From Bdellovibrionota bacterium FG-2 (GTDB lineage: Bacteria; Bdellovibrionota; UBA1018): a DNA stretch of 31,548 nucleotides. A program made the position numbers and the translations under genes. The DNA is taken from assembly GCA_051382305.1 (NCBI GenBank), contig JBBCAV010000290.1, positions 1-31,548 on the forward strand. Reading direction: 5' to 3'. Under the pieces are notes generated by a model that was not told the origin of the DNA, did not search any database, and worked only from the letters and a program-made list of their open reading frames with translations. Positions 23,518-31,548 of this stretch are shown piece by piece. How positions within the stretch are numbered: the stretch's first letter is position 1; each line of letters starts with the position of its first letter.

Positions 23518-26032
23518 TTTCTAATAGCCACCCTTTTCGAATCCGCCTAGCAAGATCATCCGGCAGCTTTTTTTTACCATTTAAAATCATGGAAATAAAA
23601 TTCTCACTGCACCCGAACTCTTTTGCCCACTCCTTCTGTGAGCGGTCGCTGCAAGTGATTTTGTTTCGAAGATCTTCGACTGTGATTCCGCCCTCGGCCT
23701 CTGTGGTCGCACTGATTGCTTTGTGCAAATCTTCTCGACTTCGGGGAATACTAGAAAACCCTCCTTTGGTTTGTGCTATTGCCTCTAGCCGAGCCATATA
23801 ATCGGTGGGAACAAAAGGTCTGATATTGACGGATAATGCCTCACGCCATTGATTCCCTGATGCGAGTAGTTCGATCTCAGGCATCGTAAGCCATCTTTGG
23901 TGATGGTAACCAACAGCGATCCCGCCCATATGATTGAGCACCACTTTTAAGTCATTGAGAAAGTCCCGGACGATCTGGCGAGAAACCTGATCTTGGTCAA
24001 GATAGCCTGCCTTTTTGAGCCACCCTTTGCGGAATTGCGCTGGTGCGCCAGTCAATGAAGGCTTCTTTGTTCCCCCCAGTGTGTAACTGCCACCAGGGCG
24101 ATTCCCTCCACCTGCAAAGCAAACGTATTGGACATCTGTAAGTAAGGGGCACGGGAGGTGCTTTCTCTTTGCGATTCGAATGGGGATGGTCCTGTTGAAT
24201 TTCATTGGGACGCGACTTGGTTCGCCGCGTTTGGACTTAGGCAGAATCTCATGACTCAATTCGAGAAAAAGTGTATTCAGCAGCCGAGTCTGCTGTGATG
24301 AAAACCCGCACCAGCTGGATCCGAGTAATACACCGATGAAGGCATCCGTGGAAGCGTAGCTCTTTTCTCCCCGAAACCCCTTCTTTTGGTCGGAACTCAA
24401 CTTAAGATTCCAATCGTAGAGTATTTCTTTTGCGTTCTTGGTACTGACTTGAGGAATCGAAGCGCGGGCTTTCTGAGTAACTTCAAAGGCCCTCAGTACG
24501 CCAACAAACGTGTCGGCAAGTCGAATTGTGTAATGCCTGTGTGAAACCGATGAACCATGCAGTGGGCAGGGGTCCAAACATTCATCGCGTACACCGAGGC
24601 TCGAAGGGGGCTCATATCCAGAAACAGCGTTCCAGCATGGGCCATTATAATTCAGACGACCATCTTCATGGACGATCCAATTTCTAAACTCAAGTCTTTG
24701 AAGCGTGTGAAGAACTCTCTTGATGTCTTGTTGCCAATTCCTTGGCCACAAATCTTGATCCCCTCCCCAAAAGACTTGTCCGATGGTGACATCAGGAATA
24801 ATTACTAGGTTCCGTTGTTGAGACCAGACCTCGGCGTGCAATAGCCAGAGTAGTTGTTCGCCCCGTCGCCCTAGCGCGGGCTCAAGGCGCTCTAGAGATT
24901 CACTGGTACTCATAGAGAAGCCAAGATATCGGCCGTCACCAAGTTTGATCAACCAATGATACGCCAACAGGGAAGGCAATGCGTTTTGATTGGAGCGACG
25001 AAAAAATCCGCCGTCCCTTTCGACGAGCTTAATCATTAATTTGCCCATGGCTTGAGATGACTCTCGCAGAGTTCGGATGTCCCCTTTGAGAATACCGCCC
25101 AATGTTCGCCAGGCCGCTTCGCCCTTGGCGCCATATAATTCCTCAGAAAACATTTCAGCATCTTGATCGAAATCCTTAAGCAGTCTTGAATGCCCAAGTC
25201 GACCGTGACTTGCAGAGGCTGCCTGAAAGCGCTCTAGGCTTCCCAAGCAGATCTTGGCAGCATCAGGAAGAACCCCGAGGAAAGGTTGTTTTATTTTCTG
25301 GGTTTTAGCAGATGTTTTCCTCAAAGACTCTTCATGGGCGCTCGTATAATACCGGTTGAGGCGCTCGAAGATGTGATCCCATAGATGTTCGCCTTCTGCT
25401 GTCGTCAGATCAAGCCTGCTTTCCTTGACGACCACCGTCGAGCCAGATCGATCCACGGGATACAATCCTATGAAAAGGGGAAAGAACGAATTGCCTTGGT
25501 CCTCGACGTACCAATAATGACCGATCTGAAAGATCAGTTCGACGTATTCGATTCCCCCCTCTCGCGGGATCTTAAATAACAAACCATCCCGATCTGATCC
25601 GCCGGCTCCAGAGATACTGATCCCAGCGGTAAAGGGCATGTAAAGGTCCCTTAAAAATTGCTCACGCTCATACTCAGTCATTGTAGTGGATTTCCCTTTG
25701 AGGCATTCCGGAATCAGGTCCGTTTGTACGCCGGCTGCGTATATCCGCCCCGCTGAGCGGGTTGCCCACATCAGAGTTTCAAATTCCATAGCGGCTTGCG
25801 TTTCTCGCAGGACCCGCCGCTCTGGATCAATCTCGTCAATTGGTAGCGGAAGCGGACGTTGGGTATCCGGATCCCACTCTATTTGGTACTTCCAAATTAG
25901 GCGAGGATTCGTCCAAGATGCGTCACCACAAGGCTTCGCAATTTCCTTTTGAAGTTCTCGAGTGGCGTGGAGAATCATGTGCAGCAATACGCAAGTCTTG
26001 AAGGTGCTTGGTAATTCAGGTTTATTAGTCAC
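23510..26032 (-). CDS. Large hypothetical protein with C-terminal XRE-type HTH (putative replication/origin-binding protein)
   Basis: C-terminal SQKEWAKEFGCSENFISMILNGKKKLP HTH. GTG 26032 preceded by gaggagg; overlaps the primase-helicase stop. Function inferred from context only. Confidence 0.7.
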   Translation of the reverse strand: MTNKPELPSTFKTCVLLHMILHATRELQKEIAKPCGDASWTNPRLIWKYQIEWDPDTQRPLPLPIDEIDPERRVLRETQAAMEFETLMWATRSAGRIYAAGVQTDLIPECLKGKSTTMTEYEREQFLRDLYMPFTAGISISGAGGSDRDGLLFKIPREGGIEYVELIFQIGHYWYVEDQGNSFFPLFIGLYPVDRSGSTVVVKESRLDLTTAEGEHLWDHIFERLNRYYTSAHEESLRKTSAKTQKIKQPFLGVLPDAAKICLGSLERFQAASASHGRLGHSRLLKDFDQDAEMFSEELYGAKGEAAWRTLGGILKGDIRTLRESSQAMGKLMIKLVERDGGFFRRSNQNALPSLLAYHWLIKLGDGRYLGFSMSTSESLERLEPALGRRGEQLLWLLHAEVWSQQRNLVIIPDVTIGQVFWGGDQDLWPRNWQQDIKRVLHTLQRLEFRNWIVHEDGRLNYNGPCWNAVSGYEPPSSLGVRDECLDPCPLHGSSVSHRHYTIRLADTFVGVLRAFEVTQKARASIPQVSTKNAKEILYDWNLKLSSDQKKGFRGEKSYASTDAFIGVLLGSSWCGFSSQQTRLLNTLFLELSHEILPKSKRGEPSRVPMKFNRTIPIRIAKRKHLPCPLLTDVQYVCFAGGGNRPGGSYTLGGTKKPSLTGAPAQFRKGWLKKAGYLDQDQVSRQIVRDFLNDLKVVLNHMGGIAVGYHHQRWLTMPEIELLASGNQWREALSVNIRPFVPTDYMARLEAIAQTKGGFSSIPRSREDLHKAISATTEAEGGITVEDLRNKITCSDRSQKEWAKEFGCSENFISMILNGKKKLPDDLARRIRKGWLLEKN

Positions 26033-28601
26033 GGGTTGGTTCCTCCTCAAAACGGGATTCTTTAAAACTGAATCTCAGATCAAACGACTTGCGCTCTACA
26101 CCGTCGCGGCCTTTGGCGATGTGAAGCGAATTTAGTGAGAAACCCGCATCCGCATATTCCCGCCTAATACGTTTCGCCCTTTCGAAGTCTGCCGGAGTCT
26201 CTGGAGATGTGTTCTCAGCGTGTTGCAGAATCCGGGTGTCGGAAAATGGCTGAAGCAGAAATACGATGTCCGGAGTATAACTTGCTCGAGCGGATCCCAT
26301 CACATCGGCTAGATTTCCACCCCAAGCCCCGTCTTTTTCCGAAGGCTTTCTTGCTTCAGAAATTACGAGCACTGGGTCGCCGTCCATTGCGTCTCGGAGT
26401 CGCTTCATTCCATCAATACGCATTTTGTCGACCTCAATTTCACTATGAGCATCCCGCAGTTGATCGTGAGGAACCGGCCAAACCTGCAGATAATCTACCA
26501 GAACATAGGCTCGGCGTGCGCCGGAGCGTTTCTTGAGTGCATCGACTTGTTCCATGATCGTTTCAACGTTGGGTTCTGGAAATCTACGGGCATCCATGAT
26601 GACAAGGCGTCTTCCGATGTCCATGAGCTTACATTCTGCTTTTGTGATGCGGTCTAGTTCGTTTTTAGAAAAATATGCACTGCGGCCTGGCTCCATTCCT
26701 TTTCTTGATCCAAAGATAAATGTACGCCAATCAATGCCCGCGAGCTTACAGAGCAGTCGTGCCATAATGTCCCACTGAGTCATCTCTAGCGAGACAAACA
26801 CAAAACACGCGTCGGGATTGTAGAGAATAATGTCGAGACCAAACTGTGTAGCCAATGCTGTCTTACCCACGTTTGGAGGGGCGGCTATAAGCATCAGGTT
26901 CCTCAGACCGTAGGTGGCCTGATCAAGGCCCGGCAACGTCCGCTGAGGCAGTCCGATGAATTCAGCGCCGCGGTACTTACAGATCCTGTTTTCGTGAGGT
27001 TCTAGAGTGTCGGCGACGTTGAATGCCTCGGGTTTGGTATCGCGATGGGGATCTGAGAGACTCCTTGCCGTCATAATCAGTTCCTTGGCGGCGGCATCAG
27101 GACCTCGTGAGGCAAGTGTGATCTCGACGGACTTTATGGCGGACCCAACTCTCGCGATTTTTTCTTCTTTTGCTTTTTCCTCTTCGGACTTTCGCACTCC
27201 TGCGCGTCGCTCTTCGATCTTAGCGCTGGTCAATGGAGTGTGATCAAAGATCTCAGGCCAGAAGTAGGTTTCGAGTTCGGTTCGGCGCGCCTCCGTCCTT
27301 CCCTTGGCATCGAAAGCGATGGTCTCGCACATCAGCGCTTCTAGTGCCGGATCTGCCCAGGAATCACCGGACTTGTGTTTTAGGATAATCTTCTGAGCGA
27401 TGTATCTGAAGCCATGCACAGCCTTTTTGATATGTTCACGCCAGGCTTCTACCCCAAACTTAATCACGAATTCGTCGGGATCCAGTTCGTCTGGTAGCGT
27501 GGGCGCGACATACGCGGTGATCCCCTCTTGGTCTAACGATCGCAGGCAAGACAGGATGCCGGCTTTACCAGCGGGATCCGGGTCCAAGCAAATCGTGACC
27601 GATTTAATCTGTCTTTGAACGAGGGTCGCGACCTGTGCCTTGGAAAGCTGGGCTGCGACGCAGGCTATAACATTCTTTTCACCTAGAGCCTGAAGGAGTG
27701 CGGCATCCAAAACACCCTCTACGAGAACCAGATCACGAAAGCCTGCTGACAACGCGCGATCCATATAAAGAGGTGTGCTCTTGCTACCCTGCCCCGGCAA
27801 AGCCATTGTTTTTGAAATCGTTGGCTCGGCCCAGGGTTGTTTTGACTTTGAGTCTTCGGGGAGCGCTTCCCAGGCAGTCCGCACCTCATTGCGTTTCTTT
27901 GTCCAAGCGGGATGATCGTTCATGAGAGGTGGCTTCTTTTGTGGGTAACGGACGTAGATCGTTAGCAGGCGACCCCGGTCGTCCTTCCATGGGAAGGTAA
28001 TGAAATTTTCGAGCTTAGGCCAAACCGCGCCGACATCATGATAGTCGGACTCATTGAACCCGACTGCCTTAAGCGCAGTTTCGCACTCAGTTGCGGAGTA
28101 ATAAAGGCCAAGCTCAAGATTCTTGATTTGATCGTCAGTTAGACCTCGTTCACTGTTGAGATACCGGCGTGCAAGTTCACCTTTCTCTGACCAAAGTGCG
28201 GTTTCGCAATACTGGGCGACCACATCCAACATTGATCGGCGGGCCTCCGTCCCTCGAAGTTCTTCATAATGGGTGGTGTCTGCCCAGGAAGGTTGGGGTT
28301 TTCCAGCTAGCTCGACAAGCTTTGTGAATGCCCTTTTGAAAACTTCACCTTTGGGCGGTGTAGTGCCACCTGCAAGAAAGGCGAGGATGCTCGCTTTATA
28401 CCCACAAGAGCCTTTATGGCTACACTGAATGTGGAAACCGGTTTTATAAATGAATGCCTCACCTCTGCCACATGAGGGGCATTTCATTTTAAGGTATTCA
28501 CCGTGATCGACGGGCTGAAGTTCTTGCACTACGACGCGCCGATCAAGGCAGGGATAGATTTCGTTATCAAGAAAAGATTTTAGGTCAAACTGATTGGACA
28601 T
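26025..28601 (-). CDS. DNA primase-helicase fusion (Zn finger + TOPRIM + DnaB-like SF4 helicase)
   Basis: CPSC...CSHKGSC Zn motif; YLxxERGL; TOPRIM VEGVLDA and DPDPAG; DPDEFV; helicase AAPPNVGKT, FVSLEM, VDYLQ, KGRDG. Start ATG 28601 after caggag. Confidence 0.9.
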   Translation of the reverse strand: MSNQFDLKSFLDNEIYPCLDRRVVVQELQPVDHGEYLKMKCPSCGRGEAFIYKTGFHIQCSHKGSCGYKASILAFLAGGTTPPKGEVFKRAFTKLVELAGKPQPSWADTTHYEELRGTEARRSMLDVVAQYCETALWSEKGELARRYLNSERGLTDDQIKNLELGLYYSATECETALKAVGFNESDYHDVGAVWPKLENFITFPWKDDRGRLLTIYVRYPQKKPPLMNDHPAWTKKRNEVRTAWEALPEDSKSKQPWAEPTISKTMALPGQGSKSTPLYMDRALSAGFRDLVLVEGVLDAALLQALGEKNVIACVAAQLSKAQVATLVQRQIKSVTICLDPDPAGKAGILSCLRSLDQEGITAYVAPTLPDELDPDEFVIKFGVEAWREHIKKAVHGFRYIAQKIILKHKSGDSWADPALEALMCETIAFDAKGRTEARRTELETYFWPEIFDHTPLTSAKIEERRAGVRKSEEEKAKEEKIARVGSAIKSVEITLASRGPDAAAKELIMTARSLSDPHRDTKPEAFNVADTLEPHENRICKYRGAEFIGLPQRTLPGLDQATYGLRNLMLIAAPPNVGKTALATQFGLDIILYNPDACFVFVSLEMTQWDIMARLLCKLAGIDWRTFIFGSRKGMEPGRSAYFSKNELDRITKAECKLMDIGRRLVIMDARRFPEPNVETIMEQVDALKKRSGARRAYVLVDYLQVWPVPHDQLRDAHSEIEVDKMRIDGMKRLRDAMDGDPVLVISEARKPSEKDGAWGGNLADVMGSARASYTPDIVFLLQPFSDTRILQHAENTSPETPADFERAKRIRREYADAGFSLNSLHIAKGRDGVERKSFDLRFSFKESRFEEEPTRD

Positions 28602-28701
28602 TGTGTACTCCTGATTGGTTAGTTGTTTTGCCGTAGTCCCCTTGAATCGATGATGGCTGTGTTGTAGCTCATGCACCTGTGGGGGCTGCTGGCGTTGTGT
28701 T

Positions 28702-29475
28702 TTAGTTAAGTTCGATAGATTTTTGGGGCCGTGAAGCATGCGTAACAGCTTCAAACTCACCAAATCCATCTAGCAATCCTGTGATATGCTGTTGAAGATC
28801 TGACTTTACGTCATCGTATCGGTCGTCAGCATCGAGTTTGTCTTGTGCGTCCATGAGGGCTTTAATGAATCGTGGCAGCCAGTCTTTCTGGCAATTGCCC
28901 ATAGACCTCAGTGCTCGAATATGATCGGCAAGAACGCGACGAGGACAGGTTTTTACGTTGATCTCACTTTCAACAAGATGTCCGTCGTCGGCCAGAACTC
29001 GTGGAGCCGTAGCATCCGGAATCCGGCTAATCATGACAATTCGCTCAAAATCCTGAACGTCTCGAAAGGCGGGTCGTAATCGCAGAAAGTCTTCCCCCTT
29101 CAAAAGTCTCGCTACCCAGGAATAGCTGATTTTGGTTGAAAACTCCGCGAGCTTGTTTGCTAGCTTACGCGTGCTCAAGCCAGTAAGCAGGCTAAGATCC
29201 CGGCAACGGGTCGCAAGACGGAATTGATTGCTAACGTGTTCCGATAGGATCTTTCCAATGTCGTCGGCGATTTCATGGAAGCGTTCATTTGGATCTTTGA
29301 TGTCGAGCGCCGCCGCAAGTGCTGTGGCGAAGGTTGGTTCAGAGGCAAGAACCCGCCGTGGTTCGTTTGCCAGCATATTGGAGCCATCACAATCTAAAGC
29401 GGGACCCGGGTGGTTTCGATGGGAATCCTCCTCGCTTTCAGGAATTTGGTCAATATCGCTTTCGTCATTATTCAT
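28702..29475 (-). CDS. Hypothetical protein (possible HTH segment)
   Basis: 257-aa ORF with RBS aaggag; LSTRKLANKL...ISYSWVARLL is HTH-like. Confidence 0.65.
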   Translation of the reverse strand: MNNDESDIDQIPESEEDSHRNHPGPALDCDGSNMLANEPRRVLASEPTFATALAAALDIKDPNERFHEIADDIGKILSEHVSNQFRLATRCRDLSLLTGLSTRKLANKLAEFSTKISYSWVARLLKGEDFLRLRPAFRDVQDFERIVMISRIPDATAPRVLADDGHLVESEINVKTCPRRVLADHIRALRSMGNCQKDWLPRFIKALMDAQDKLDADDRYDDVKSDLQQHITGLLDGFGEFEAVTHASRPQKSIELN

Positions 29476-29532
29476 AAGTTCATCTCCTTGTGGAGACTTA
29501 CATATTAAAATGAGCGTACGGAGTCATCGGAA

Positions 29533-30471
29533 TCACTTTTGGCGAACTGGTTCCTTCTTTTTCTTAGTCCCGCTTGCGGGGCTCCAGTCAGGCGAAACAC
29601 CAAGTGGGTCGACAAAGTTCCGGAATGCTTTCCTGCGCTTTTGAAAACGTTCTTGGATGGTTTTCATTTCTGCGTTCTTTCCGGCTTCCTTATATATCTC
29701 TAAAATTTTAGGATCGTTATCTTTTGCCCCACTTATCCATAATAGGTATAGATCAAAGTCTTCAGCGAAGGGCTGAAATGGCTGTGTTTTCCCACGTTGA
29801 ATCTTTATGCCATGTTGGCCTCGATATTTTTCCCATTGATTGCGAAAGTCTTTAAGTACCGGCTCCCAATCTGTTCGCACATCGATCTCAGCAATAAATG
29901 AAAACGGATTTACGTTTGGCTCCGTATCATTGTTCCGAAAAAGGATATTAGTTACCTTTTCGTTCGGCAAAACATTTCTTGAACTTTCGTAATGTTGTGG
30001 GCCTACACATTCTATCCCAAGATCTTCAAGTGTTATTCTATCCTTCAACGCCTCGATCAAAGTCTTTTTCCCATCTAACTTATTAACTTCAACATTCAGT
30101 ATCCTAATTCCATGTGAATGTTCCGCCTCAATATTGAGGGCAATTCCGTCCTCTATTAAAACAAGTTCGCCTTTACTTGAGCGAACAGGGGAGATCTTTA
30201 CCTGCCAACGATTACATAGCGGTCCCACTTGCAGCATGAAGGCTCGATCAACTAATTTATTGTTCCATTTATTAGTCTGCTCAATCGTCGCCGTATCTTG
30301 AAAAAAGCGCCGAGCTATCTGACGTTCTTTTTGAATCCATGCCAAAAATGGAGGATAGTAGTTCAAAAACAGCAAACGACACTTAGCGAAATCTACTGGC
30401 TTAGATTCAATCAAACTTTTCCATTGCATTGCGTCCCTGTTTTTGTTCGATTTATTGATATCAGAAAACAT
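29533..30471 (-). CDS. Hypothetical protein, paralog of 30668-31432
   Basis: Shares YYPPFxAWxQxE, SFIAEIDxRTD, DFDxxxxW and RRKAxRNFxDPxG blocks with the neighbouring gene. Confidence 0.75.
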   Translation of the reverse strand: MFSDINKSNKNRDAMQWKSLIESKPVDFAKCRLLFLNYYPPFLAWIQKERQIARRFFQDTATIEQTNKWNNKLVDRAFMLQVGPLCNRWQVKISPVRSSKGELVLIEDGIALNIEAEHSHGIRILNVEVNKLDGKKTLIEALKDRITLEDLGIECVGPQHYESSRNVLPNEKVTNILFRNNDTEPNVNPFSFIAEIDVRTDWEPVLKDFRNQWEKYRGQHGIKIQRGKTQPFQPFAEDFDLYLLWISGAKDNDPKILEIYKEAGKNAEMKTIQERFQKRRKAFRNFVDPLGVSPDWSPASGTKKKKEPVRQK

Positions 30472-30667
30472 TGCCTACGCTTCTCCATCAGTTACCAAAT
30501 TCAGCAGAACCCAATTTTTCAAAGATGATTTCGGTGAGATGGGCATCTTATTGCCCGGTTAATGTCTTCGTCAATATATGGTTTTTTAGTCGACAGTTTG
30601 GAGTAATGCGATTTCTAAATGGAGCCGATTTAACAGAGTTCAAAAGGGAGGGCGCTATGGCGCGCAT

Positions 30668-31432
30668 TCAAGGCATCCAGCAAGAAGATGCGCCGCTCGG
30701 GTCAATAAAGTTTCTATAGGCTTTCCGTCGTTTACCACCCTTACCAATTAGGGAAGCCTTTGATCCATTGTCTCCATGCTTTCTATAAATCTCTGCAATA
30801 ACAGAATCAGTCGTGCTGCCTCCCGCCAACCAATGACAGAAAACATCAAAATCTGGCTTTTGGGGCTCAAATGAATCATGTTTGCCTTTACCTGATGGTA
30901 AGTTATAGGCGAGACGACCGAAGTTCCAATGTTTTTCGATTTCCTTCAGTACAATTTTTATATCCGTCCTGATGTCGATTTCGGCGATAAATGAGTATTC
31001 ATTTTCGTCGTGAAATGGAGTCTGTTCAGTTAACCGCTGACTTTTCTTCAGAAATTGAACACCGCTGGGTTTCTTAAACAAGTCGTCCAAGTAATTCAGT
31101 TCAATCACCCGACCACGAACCTTGAGTCCACATAGGTTCCCTCTGAGTGGGATGAGCTTTATGCCCCAAGCAGCGCGCCGCTCCTCCGACGTTCGTCGGT
31201 AAATTAGATCAAGGATCTCGTCTCGCCCCTTGTCCGCTCCCATTGGGTCACTTTTTAGGCCATTGTTTTTTTCGTAGAAGCCAAAGGCTCTTTCAGATTC
31301 TTCCTGAAGCCATGCAATAAAAGGCGGGTAATATTTCAGCAGAATTTGCCGAAACTCAGAAAACTGTGGTGTTTTTCGGGACATCGCAGTTTTCCATGCC
31401 GATTGACCCCACTCAATCCCATCTATTTGCAT
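30668..31432 (-). CDS. Hypothetical protein, paralog of 29533-30471
   Basis: Same conserved blocks; RBS gggag. Confidence 0.75.
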   Translation of the reverse strand: MQIDGIEWGQSAWKTAMSRKTPQFSEFRQILLKYYPPFIAWLQEESERAFGFYEKNNGLKSDPMGADKGRDEILDLIYRRTSEERRAAWGIKLIPLRGNLCGLKVRGRVIELNYLDDLFKKPSGVQFLKKSQRLTEQTPFHDENEYSFIAEIDIRTDIKIVLKEIEKHWNFGRLAYNLPSGKGKHDSFEPQKPDFDVFCHWLAGGSTTDSVIAEIYRKHGDNGSKASLIGKGGKRRKAYRNFIDPSGASSCWMP

Positions 31433-31548
31433 CTCACTCCCTTTTTCTCAAGCCTAGAATTTTCGGAACCAGTTCGAAAAAAGTGATTCCGGTGACTCAA
31501 TCACGGTTTTTTCATACATAGGGTTCGTAAGCAAACGGCCCACTGATC

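Noticed and set aside
31476-31548. Riboswitch or terminator-like structure at the right edge
   Set aside because: An imperfect inverted repeat is present but no complete known consensus is recognisable, and the region is cut by the window edge.

Overview
The window is entirely accessory/mobile DNA: no housekeeping genes, rRNA, tRNA or CRISPR array were recognised. From left to right: (i) the left end and first codons of an IS200/IS605 tnpA. (ii) An XRE-HTH regulator followed by a co-oriented cluster of an Era/YcjF-like GTPase, a stand-alone ClpA/B-type AAA+ NBD1, two dynamin-like GTPases (the second fused to TM helices and MORN-like repeats), a membrane protein and a hypothetical protein. This cluster is the best candidate for an undescribed membrane-remodelling defence/conflict system. 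(iii) A run of small phage/ICE-like genes: a collagen-like lipoprotein, a Tat-type ankyrin protein, a degenerate DnaB-like protein and an N6-MTase-like protein lacking motif IV. (iv) A serine resolvase flanked by cargo blocks that are each bracketed by diverged duplications of gene 3' ends. (v) Defence-like cargo: a nitrilase-fold protein, patatin, an HsdR_N-type nuclease, a glycine-rich membrane protein and a uracil-DNA glycosylase. (vi) A minus-strand replication-like module: three 20-bp repeats at 32-bp periodicity, an ~840-aa C-terminal-HTH protein, a DnaG-DnaB primase-helicase fusion and two tandem paralogous genes. All family assignments come from motif recognition by eye; no database searches were run.
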